This document shows, one piece after another, positions 56,901 to 64,000 of a stretch of 64,000 nucleotides of DNA; position 1 is the first letter of the stretch, and each line of letters begins with the position of its first letter. The stretch lies in assembly GCA_000004985.1 (NCBI GenBank), contig GG738867.1. One strand, given 5' to 3'. The notes beneath the pieces are model-generated. The model was not told where the DNA came from and searched no databases. It saw nothing but the letters and a program-made list of their open reading frames with translations. Source of the stretch: Naegleria gruberi (lineage: Eukaryota). The position numbers and the translations under genes are program-made.

Positions 56901-58273
56901 AGATAGGTACTAGATGTTTCTTTTGAAAGACTTTCCAAATCTGAAACATTCTTTGTTAATTTCGAAAGAGTTTGACTTGATTCTGTAACTATTTTTGTGG
57001 ATTCAGTTATAGACCTATGGTTCTCTTCCACTTTTTTGTTTGTTTTTTCAAGCAGAGTTTCTATTGGTACAAGATATTTCTTGGCTGTTTCTAATTGTTG
57101 TCCAACATCTTTTGCTATTGTATCCAAACTGGAGTTTACAGATTCATGATATAGTTTCAAAGTTTCCATTTCTGATTCTAATCTAGAAGCTATGGTTGAA
57201 CCTTCATTGGTAACAATTTGTTGGACACTTTCAAGTGTGCTCTTCATTTCTGTATGGAAATTCTTTTCACTTGAATCAACAAGCTCCTTTATGAGTTGGG
57301 TAATGTTCTTATCCAAGTCGTCATGTTTTTTTTCAAGCTGGTGACCAAGTTTAACAGCGCCAAGGAAAGAATTGGCAATTTTTTCTTCAAGATATTTCTT
57401 TGTATTTTCTAGTTCTGAACTTTGATTTGTAGTATTCTTATTGACAGTAGAAACTAAGTCTGAAACATAGTTCCCCAATGTTTGTGTTTCTTTCTTAATT
57501 TCTGTTATCCTTTCACATTGGGAGCTATGAAGAGAAGTGACCTCCCATTGGAGTTTGTACCAAAACATTGCGATTGCTATCAAGAGTACTGAGAAGGGTA
57601 CTATTTGCAAACTATTAGATGAATAGTTTGAGGAACTTGATTCAGGGTTACTAAGGAATGAATAAAAGTTAGACAATTCGGCACCAATGAGTGGTAGATT
57701 CTCTGTTTTACCAAATTGACTCTTGATCCAATAAACTATCTCGTCTTTGGAATCTTTTCTCAAAAAGTTGTCAATAACATTTGGTTTTAGTTGATAACTC
57801 TTTGAAAAGTATGAAACTGAAAAGTATTCAAGCAGCTTTCTGACAATTGCTGAAGATTGATCACTTCCAAACTTGGTTGTGATATGATACTCTTTCTCCA
57901 GCACTGACACATTAGCCTTGATCATGAAGGGATTAAAGAACAAGTCCTTCTTGGCCATCTGCTTGTGAACAGTCATGGCATCTTCCTTATTAAGTGAACA
58001 GAAATCCTTAGTGTTGATCACTTGTTGGGAGATGTGATTATCAAAGATTGATGCCGAAAGCTGACCACTCTTGAAACAATCAAAATTGAAGCAGAATTCT
58101 TGAAGGGATCTAATGTTCCTCTCATAGAGAATGTTCTTAATAATTCTGGAGCAACAGGTGCTGTGAGGATTGAAGGTACATTCTGATAGGACGTCCTCCA
58201 CTTTCTTGGCTTGCGAGATTTTGCTGCCGAAAAACAAGATTACAAGCAGTAGGAGAAGGATCTTTGCGATCAT
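53963..58273 (-). CDS. Giant (1436 aa) coiled-coil protein with an N-terminal signal/anchor, one internal hydrophobic helix and large internal near-identical duplications
   Basis: ATG at 58273 (MIAKILLLLLVILFFGSKISQA). About 1000 aa of heptad-rich sequence with repeated …LESEMETLKLY…VNSSLD… blocks. The C-terminus is Thr/Ser-rich. Confidence 0.65.
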   Translation of the reverse strand: MIAKILLLLLVILFFGSKISQAKKVEDVLSECTFNPHSTCCSRIIKNILYERNIRSLQEFCFNFDCFKSGQLSASIFDNHISQQVINTKDFCSLNKEDAMTVHKQMAKKDLFFNPFMIKANVSVLEKEYHITTKFGSDQSSAIVRKLLEYFSVSYFSKSYQLKPNVIDNFLRKDSKDEIVYWIKSQFGKTENLPLIGAELSNFYSFLSNPESSSSNYSSNSLQIVPFSVLLIAIAMFWYKLQWEVTSLHSSQCERITEIKKETQTLGNYVSDLVSTVNKNTTNQSSELENTKKYLEEKIANSFLGAVKLGHQLEKKHDDLDKNITQLIKELVDSSEKNFHTEMKSTLESVQQIVTNEGSTIASRLESEMETLKLYHESVNSSLDTIAKDVGQQLETAKKYLVPIETLLEKTNKKVEENHRSITESTKIVTESSQTLSKLTKNVSDLESLSKETSSTYLKSLENLPTMLNETKQMFVDSLQTMVNETNQIISAEHETLSTKVDNLEKSISTNLESNLVETKKIEETNRRIIEISSKVDNLENSISRVGKSQTEAITKIAKESTDLVVSKLERFNNSILTNSKETQNSVTSALNQLTEEVKMIVTEEEVVNKIKKHVDDLQNNLSQIIKENVNLGKLENSLNNLPSREEVMKFNNELCCKFVAKIDDTNQVLHKEMKSKLESVQQIVTKESSTIVSTLESEMETLKLYQEIVNSSLDIIEKDMGKITEQQLETTKKYLKPLENLPTFLNESKQAIVENQNSVASKLTGLISATTTLERFRITEFSSALCSKVDNLEKFISSVGKDSTDLVVSKLERFNNSILTNSKETHNSVTSALNQLTEEVKMILTEEEVVNQIKQPLETLQTTLEKTNKTVEENQKSITESTKIVTESSHTLSKLTKNVSDLENLSKETSNTYLKPLHNLPTMLNETKQTFVETLKDSLQTMISETNQIISEKHEALRTKVDNLENFISTKFETTNLLDNHLSTHFEHLGKSINETNELVNSSEKNLHKEMKSTLDTLQQLVADEIAHKLDTNQSELATLTDEIKMIATKEEVDTKIKQYVDDLQNNISQIIKENVNLGKLETSLNNLPSREEVMKFNNELCCKFVAKINDKNQEIEPTTCVKSIAKKQIENGTNETLKELVRSETGVMVDKIAACANTETIDKINALYQLTEENGNVEQMLKLDISLVQDHLYDALCKLEAFSSDIINETIDPTVETKEIEESYENFELVSWETIPKQEEKNVTETIIITQLDQPISYDYIEHSSNSQEFSFEENNHSMKLGVNIDSTSTGPYYINPNIPTVMETLTLYKDVQDQIEQDIPKQDSSPRQETEETLTVQATPMCGNEVPSSQAVITIQNNSNTASCTSSSPNRNATSSGGGSPCKKQKSPKGRKCNNLDLSNGIKDFDELVKKLKEVKEDLKMKKDKKMVNKVKH
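54930..57070. repeat. Intragenic segmental duplications (blocks of 150-300 nt at about 90% identity, offset about 1340-1380 nt)
   Basis: 54931-55190 matches 56272-56531. 55441-55660 matches 56821-57010. 55741-55930 matches 56461-56650. The matches are visible directly in the sequence, and the ORF track shows twin antisense ORFs 54960-55190 and 56301-56498. Confidence 0.8.
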
Positions 58274-58553
58274 ACTGATGTTGATTTTTTTTGTTGTTGA
58301 AAATTTTGATTAAGGAGCGAAGACTTTTGTCTATTTAAGGAAAAGTAATAGGAATGCAGTTTTGTAAAGTTGTTGCCCTTTTGAGGGACTTTTGGAGGAG
58401 GGTGGAACAAAAATTGCACAATTACAAAGCAAGTTCATTAGCCAATGACAAATGCTCAAATCTCTGTTTTAAATTACAAGCTTTTTTTTTGCCCAATTTA
58501 GGTAATCGAATTCTATACAACAAGAGTAAAGCAGAATTTACTTTGAAGAATAT

Positions 58554-61088
58554 TTATTTTAATAAAGCACTCAACATTGCTTCTTGAGATCCTTTGAGGA
58601 AAAGTAATGAATTACCAATTTTGTAATCAGACTTTTCTTGCAATTTGTGTTCTTCTAAAATGGTAAGGGTATTTTGTTTGGCATCCTTTCCAAGTTTTGA
58701 TGAAGAAACAAGTGATGAAAATCTCTCCACAAATTTTTCAAATGTAAACTTTGATGAATAGCCCTTTCTAGCCAATTTAATCATTTCCAAAATTCCATAA
58801 TTTCTAACTTGTTTTTGGACAAGTTTGTCATTGAAAGCAAGAGAGCTACCAGCACTGCTGTTACGAATGCAAATGACTGGATAGGTATACTTGGTGGAGG
58901 AAATGTGTTTCAATAGGAGTTCAACATTTTTCACATAGATGTCGGAGGCAAACTCTACAGAATTGGAACCTTGCAATAATTCAGAGTAAACTGTTTGAAC
59001 AATGGTATTCTTTGAGTTTTTGGCTAAGAATTCTTTGGATTGTTGAGGAATGGAGCTGATTGGATACACTGCCTGTTGGAACCAATCAATAACCTTATAA
59101 GTGACCTTGCCATTGAAATGTCCTAAAGAGAATTCCATATCAACAAGATTTGGTTTGAAGAGTTTGCTAACTTGTTCAGATTTTCCAGAGAACATTTTTG
59201 TGAGCTCTTGAATTATTGCTCCTTCATCGGATCCCTTGTACATGCTGTTAGTTTCCTTCTTGATAATAGTGAAAACTCCATCATTGGTATCCTCAATGGT
59301 GCTCAACAGAATTGATTTGGAGTTGAATGGAGAGAAATCAATTGGTTTCCAATCAATATTCTCTGATTTGTAAATTTCTTGTTCTTGATTGAATAACTTG
59401 TCGTGAATCAATTCTTTGAATCTTTCATTTGCATAATTGACCAATAATTGTTCCAAACCATTGTATTTTACACCTCTTTGAGCATCTACACCTGTTGCAA
59501 TGCTTTCAAATCCTGTACCAATATCGATGAGTGAAATTTCTCTATTGCACTCTGGATTCTTCAACATGTCATTAATGTTCTTTACAATCCATTCGAATAA
59601 TCCATTATAAAGAGTCATGACCATCAAATCTCTATAGTGAGAAGCTTGCTTGGCATTGACAAAGGTATCAACAAAGCTGTCACCAACAGCAACCGTTGGT
59701 TTTATCATTGTGAATAATAATTCCTTATCATCAACACCCAACAATCTTGTAGCTCTATAGAATGAAGCAAAACTATTTTCACTCAACTTGGTCATTGCAC
59801 TGGTATTTGATTCATTTTCAACAAAGTCACAATTATTTAAATGTAAAAGAGCGCACAAAATCTTGGTAACATCTCCAATATTAGTTTCAGTAAAACCAAC
59901 ATTGAGGAAGAGCTTTTCTACAGCAGATGAAAAACTTGTCTTTTGTTCGAGTTCCTTATTCAACAATTGAGTGAGTTTGAATTTGGTTTTCAATTTTTCA
60001 TCGGCCAACATTTGGTAAAACACTTGGAAATTATTAATAAATCCAGATTTGTAGTCAGTCTCTTCGACTGGAATACCTTCCTTCTCAGAAATCTTTTCCA
60101 TCACCCTCACCACTGCACGACTCATTTCCAAATTGAAACATTCGAAATGAGCACCAGTGAGTGAAGAATTGGTAAATTGCAAACCAATTTTTTTAGAAAC
60201 TCTGCTACTATACTTGGATTGCTCAGTTGATGAACTTGAAAAGAGTTCAATAATTTTCAAAGCATCACTTGCCTTTGAGACAATCTTGCTATTGGTCAAT
60301 TCTCCAAAAGAATCTAATAATAATTTTACAGTAGTTGATTTTCCAGAATTACTATCACCAAGTAGAATAATTGATTGATTTTCACCTGTTGAATTCAATT
60401 TGCTAAAAACTTGATTGGGTAATTTTTGTGAAATTTTTCCATCTCGTAAATTATTAACAGAATTTGAAATGATTGATGCAAATCCACCACAATCAGTAAA
60501 CACCAAAGGATTCCTATTATCTTCTAATCTAGATTTTAAATGATGTAAAATACAAGGTTCATTAACATGAGTCAATTGTGTCAAATCTTCCAACTTGGAC
60601 ATTCCAGGAGGATTCATAAACATGACACCCATCACAGGTACCTGAGCAATTTTCTTTTTAGGATCAGAAATATTCAACAATTCAACATTGACAACATTTC
60701 CATTTCTTTCCATCAACTTTCCCATTTGAAATAATTGATTTTGAACTTGTTGTTGTGGTTTTAAATCAGAACTCAATACCCAAACATGATTATCTCCAAA
60801 TTCTTGATCACTCAAAAGTTGTGAAAATAATTTTGTACTTTTCAATGGTGAAGATGAAGAAGATGAAGCATTGGAACTTGTTTTAAAAATTGGATGAGCT
60901 TTGGAACGTGAACGGAGGTTATTTTCTGAAGAATCCGAGAGTGAATTCTTATCATTGTCGAGACCTTGTGTTTTTTGGAGCAGTTGCTTACGACGAGCTG
61001 ATGAAGAAACTGGAGAGGAATCGTTTGCTGATGACATTTTTTTTGATTGTTGATTGATGAAGGTTTTTAGTCCAATTTTGTAAGACAT
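58554..61088 (-). CDS. Divergent myosin motor-domain protein; ends right after the converter with no IQ neck or tail
   Basis: …LEQLLVNYANERFKELIHDKLF…, P-loop-like ILLGDSNSGKSTT, switch-II-like LIDIGTGFE, converter-like …YKIGNSLLFLKGSQEAMLSALLK then stop. Alternative ATGs at 61088 and about 61037. Confidence 0.7.
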   Translation of the reverse strand: MSYKIGLKTFINQQSKKMSSANDSSPVSSSARRKQLLQKTQGLDNDKNSLSDSSENNLRSRSKAHPIFKTSSNASSSSSSPLKSTKLFSQLLSDQEFGDNHVWVLSSDLKPQQQVQNQLFQMGKLMERNGNVVNVELLNISDPKKKIAQVPVMGVMFMNPPGMSKLEDLTQLTHVNEPCILHHLKSRLEDNRNPLVFTDCGGFASIISNSVNNLRDGKISQKLPNQVFSKLNSTGENQSIILLGDSNSGKSTTVKLLLDSFGELTNSKIVSKASDALKIIELFSSSSTEQSKYSSRVSKKIGLQFTNSSLTGAHFECFNLEMSRAVVRVMEKISEKEGIPVEETDYKSGFINNFQVFYQMLADEKLKTKFKLTQLLNKELEQKTSFSSAVEKLFLNVGFTETNIGDVTKILCALLHLNNCDFVENESNTSAMTKLSENSFASFYRATRLLGVDDKELLFTMIKPTVAVGDSFVDTFVNAKQASHYRDLMVMTLYNGLFEWIVKNINDMLKNPECNREISLIDIGTGFESIATGVDAQRGVKYNGLEQLLVNYANERFKELIHDKLFNQEQEIYKSENIDWKPIDFSPFNSKSILLSTIEDTNDGVFTIIKKETNSMYKGSDEGAIIQELTKMFSGKSEQVSKLFKPNLVDMEFSLGHFNGKVTYKVIDWFQQAVYPISSIPQQSKEFLAKNSKNTIVQTVYSELLQGSNSVEFASDIYVKNVELLLKHISSTKYTYPVICIRNSSAGSSLAFNDKLVQKQVRNYGILEMIKLARKGYSSKFTFEKFVERFSSLVSSSKLGKDAKQNTLTILEEHKLQEKSDYKIGNSLLFLKGSQEAMLSALLK

Positions 61089-61251
61089 TCATCAAATCAA
61101 CTAATTAAATTCTATCAATGAAATCTGGAGAAGAAGAAACTTGCTTTCAATACTGTCCAATTCGATTAATTCTCTTGACAATTGACTCATCATGATTTGT
61201 TATTAAATTTTGCAATTAATTTTAAAATTAAAAACAAGAAAAACAAAAAAA

Positions 61252-61879
61252 ATGAGCTTAAAGTCATCACAGCATCATAACGGATCATCAGCAACATCAT
61301 CTTCTAATAATCAATCATCACAACAACAACGATTATATGTCCGATATGTAGGTTTATAGTCGTTATATTAAATTATTATAATTTAGAAAAAATTAATTTA
61401 ATATTATTTTGATTAGTATGTTGGACATAAGGGAAAATATGGTCATGAATTTTTGGAAATTACTTTTCATCCCGATGGTTTATTAGAATATAAAAATAAT
61501 ACAGATTATAAAGGAGAGGGAGAAATATTGAAAACTGTAAATTTAAATAATATTGTGTTGGAGCAATTAAAGACAATAATTTTGGAATCACGTATTATGG
61601 AGTAAGTTTTGGATGTTAAATTTGGATATTAATCTGATGAATAGAGAAAGTGATCGAAAGTGGCCACTACCAGACAATATTGGAAAATCAGAATTGGAAA
61701 TTGTATTAGATAAGGAACACATTTCATTTGCCACCACTAAAATTCAAACTCTTTCCGAAGTTACCAAATCACATGATCCAGAAGGATTGAAGAACTTTTA
61801 TTATTTAACAGCTGATTTGAAAGATTTTGCACTCAACCTCATCAATATGCATCATAAACTCAAACCAATTCTGTACTAG
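61252..61879 (+). CDS. MAGOH: Mago nashi (exon junction complex core subunit), 3 exons (61252-61347, 61417-61601, 61645-61879)
   Basis: Spliced product …[38 protein letters not shown]…ILESRIMEESDRKWPLPDNIGKSELEIVLDKEHISFATTKIQTLSEVTKSHDPEGLKNFYYLTADLKDFALNLINMHHKLKPILY aligns along its length with Mago nashi. Introns are 61348-61416 (donor GTAGGT) and 61602-61644 (donor GTAAGT). Confidence 0.9.
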
Positions 61880-61944
61880 TAAAACAACAAATATCAAACA
61901 AATCCTGGTCGAGCATTCTTGCCTTAATTCCATTAATACTCGTA

Positions 61945-62025
61945 GCAGACTTGGCCGAGTGGTTAAGGCGACAGACTTGAAATCTGTTGGGGAAACCTTC
62001 GTAGGTTCGAATCCTGCAGTCTGCG
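61945..62025 (+). tRNA. tRNA-Ser (anticodon TGA)
   Basis: GCAGACTTGGCCGAGTGGTTAAGGCGACAGACTTGAAATCTGTTGGGGAAACCTTCGTAGGTTCGAATCCTGCAGTCTGCG. It is a paralogue of the Ser-CGA gene at 52826 and shares the same 3' flank TCTGAAATTTTG. Confidence 0.9.
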
Positions 62026-62157
62026 TCTGAAATTTTGTTTTAAGATATTCTAATATTTGTAACTATTGGTCTTTGTTTTTTACAATCGGGCATTTAAAGG
62101 ATTACAAAATTACTATCCAATTCTCCATCCGAAGCAGAATTGAAAGTATAAAAAAAA

Positions 62158-63200
62158 ATGCAACAAGAACAGGAGGAGGGTGATACATGTTTCGAAAGCG
62201 AACATGAGTACATCACCACACAAGATGGCTACAAAGTGTCTGGTACCTTGTTCTTTCCCATTCAACGTCATCTTGTAATTGATGAACACATGAAGACAAC
62301 TGTCATTTTATTAAGTGGAGCTATGGGAGTTCCTTCTAAATTTTATAGAGAATTTGCTAGATTTCTATGTGGAAAAACAAAATGTGTGATATCTACAATC
62401 GATTATAGANNNNNNNNNNNNNNNNNNNNNNNNNNNNNNNNNNNNNNNNNNNNNNNNNNCCATTCCAGGACTTTATTTATATTGGACACTCAATTGGTGC
62501 TCAAATACTGGCCTATTTCCCACCAGAATACTTGAAAAAACTGAGAGGAACTCTCCTAGTAGCGACACAAAGTGGTGCCCTTAAACATTGGCCATTAATT
62601 CGTCAGAGGGCAGAGTTGTACTTTTATTGGTATGTTTTTCTGCCGAGCATGACCATGCTGTATCCAAGGGAGGTTCCATTATTTGGTGTGGATAATCGAA
62701 TAATTTCAGATTGGTATGGAGCTGGTCGATGCCACAACAAGTATTTATTCGAATATTTTAATATTGGAGATGCAAAGGTTAATTCGAAACATGTATCTTG
62801 GATTTTACAAGACAAACCAGTGGTTGTATATAATGTAGATAATGATAAGTTTGCACCATATGATGCAACCATGTGGCTGACCAGAACATTTACTGAACCA
62901 AGTTTTGTTTCTGATTTGAAAATGGAATATTTCAATGACAAGTCAAAAGCTCTGCAAATAATGGATTTGAAATTTGATGGAAATGATAGAAAATTGGGAA
63001 CATTTGGAGGAAAACAAAAGATATTTTACTGTATTCGTGGCCAAGTTGCTAAAAATATTGGACATTTTAACTTTTTTAGGGAAAAGGAGGGAAAGAATGA
63101 ATGTTGGCCTCACTTGCTATCCCATTGTTTAGATTTATTAAATAATTGTGAAAATGATGATACATTAAATCCACCAACCACAAGACATAGTAAACTTTGA
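62158..63200 (+). CDS. Alpha/beta-hydrolase fold serine hydrolase, split across an assembly gap (apparent frame change is a gap artefact)
   Basis: N-terminal part 62158-62409. After the gap the frame shows …FQDFIYIGHSIGAQILAYFP… (GHSxG nucleophile elbow), continuous with ORF 62532-63200. Confidence 0.6.
62410..62459. other. Assembly gap (50 N)
   Basis: Run of N. Confidence 0.99.
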
Positions 63201-63302
63201 AGTGACGAGTTGGGCTTATGGTGAAGAAGAAGAAGAAGAAGAAGGAACTGGTTGAGTAGGCAAAACTGGAAATACACCAGAATATTATTAGTATTGGAAA
63301 GT

Positions 63303-63608
63303 ATGAAGGTATTGTGTAAAGTTCGCACAAGTAAGGTAAAAACATTAAAAAAAAATATAACCTCAACCAAATCTGTTGAAATGTTAAAGCAACAAGAGGA
63401 AGAAGCTCCAACCAATAATAAAAGAAAGACTGAAGAGCAGGTTTCTTTTGATGACTGGAAAAGAAATTTAGCAAAAGGCGTACCGAATGTATTTTATACC
63501 AACATACCAGGAGATATTGAAAAGTATCACGCAATGGAAAAGAAAGAAAATTTTATTATATTCTGTGATGAAGATGGTGATGATGATTCTGACTATGAAT
63601 ATTTTTAA
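63303..63608 (+). CDS. Hypothetical small protein with an acidic C-terminus (about 101 aa from the first ATG)
   Basis: The ORF-track start 63252 is TTG. The first ATG is at 63303 (MKVLCKV…). The sequence ends …FCDEDGDDDSDYEYF. Low-complexity flanks reduce confidence. Confidence 0.3.
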   Translation: MKVLCKVRTSKVKTLKKNITSTKSVEMLKQQEEEAPTNNKRKTEEQVSFDDWKRNLAKGVPNVFYTNIPGDIEKYHAMEKKENFIIFCDEDGDDDSDYEYF

Positions 63609-63922
63609 ATTATTGTAACTTGGTTGTGTTGATCTTAACGAATATCTGTTGTTTGATTGGCCGTATAATGAGGAGTAAGGGTAGGTCATTTGGATTTGTA
63701 AAATCTTATTAATAAAACAATTTTGTTGTGGATATTCAATCGTCTTATTTACACACAACTTTAAACACTGTTTAGAGTTTTTCAACTTTTTGAAACATCT
63801 TTCACAAACCAAATATTGACACGTTCTGAGAAAACACGTGTTGAACATGAACATTCTCTGACCAAAGAAATGCATTTTCCCAATTTGGATGTTTCCAACA
63901 GTTTTTCATCAGAAATTAAAAA

Positions 63923-64000
63923 ATGAAAAGATCTCCACTCGTACCATTAGTAGAACTTTGCATATTTGCTGTTCTGTTTATTTTCTTGGCACAATTTGCA
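63923..64000 (+). CDS. Start of a gene encoding a signal-peptide protein; 3' partial, runs off the window
   Basis: ATG at 63923 gives MKRSPLVPLVELCIFAVLFIFLAQFA… and is open to the window end. Confidence 0.3.
   Translation, partial: MKRSPLVPLVELCIFAVLFIFLAQFA

Noticed and set aside
58274-58553. Myosin motor and downstream coiled-coil ORF being one spliced myosin-II-like heavy chain
   Set aside because: No GT donor is usable before the myosin stop. The coiled-coil ORF has its own ATG, a signal-like N-terminus and a 240-aa non-coiled domain, and there is an in-frame TAA 39 nt upstream of its ATG.
63076-63534. Two overlapping minus-strand ORFs (63076-63534, 63110-63415) and 63468-63875
   Set aside because: Low-complexity poly-F/L/K translations of AT-rich intergenic DNA. 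They overlap a more plausible plus-strand small gene. No ATG or domain support.
1-64000. Searching for a novel prokaryotic defence or mobile system as the prompt suggests
   Set aside because: Every line of evidence indicates eukaryotic nuclear DNA. There are no operon-like same-strand clusters of nuclease, ATPase or methyltransferase genes, no integrase or transposase, and no inverted terminal repeats.

Overview
The window is a gene-dense, AT-rich (about 30% GC) nuclear chromosome segment of a unicellular eukaryote, not a prokaryotic locus. There is roughly one gene per 1.5 kb on both strands. Introns are short (36-90 nt) and spliceosomal, with GTAAGT, GTATGT or GTAGG donors and AG acceptors. 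Four intron-less Pol-III tRNA genes are present: Lys-CTT, Asn-GTT, Ser-CGA and Ser-TGA. Some proteins carry poly-N/Q/S tracts. I could not identify the organism; the content suggests an amoeboid or flagellate protist rather than fungi, animals or plants. There is no CRISPR array, rRNA, obvious transposon or prokaryotic defence system. I therefore do not report a novel prokaryote-style system.

Recognisable genes include a Mago nashi exon-junction protein (3 exons), EB1, Derlin, a Nudix hydrolase, a CDP-alcohol phosphotransferase (CPT/EPT-like), an RRP36-like protein and a HxGH nucleotidyltransferase. There is also a divergent myosin motor, an SRA-YDG (5mC-reader-type) protein, a NEK-like kinase with a possible 3-nt micro-exon, and a kinase fused to a long Sel1 repeat array. 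Others are a CBM plus GH5-like glycosidase, an EGF-repeat surface protein, a PX-domain protein, a DUF4116 repeat protein, a BTB protein, a UBA protein and an alpha/beta hydrolase. The largest are an approximately 1885-aa multi-exon alpha-solenoid protein and a 1436-aa coiled-coil protein with large internal duplications.

The most notable non-genic signal is a recurring GC-rich E2F-like element (TTTGGCGCGAAA / TTTGGCGGGAAA / TGGCGCCAAA). It sits 30-170 bp upstream of several start codons. Two runs of N (6039-6087 and 62410-62459) are assembly gaps that truncate or split genes. At least three apparent frameshifts occur: two in the Sel1 array and one in the glycosidase.

The supplied ORF track uses bacterial alternative start codons (TTG, GTG, ATT). 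Several listed ORF starts are therefore not true ATGs, and several genes are split by introns that the track does not model.
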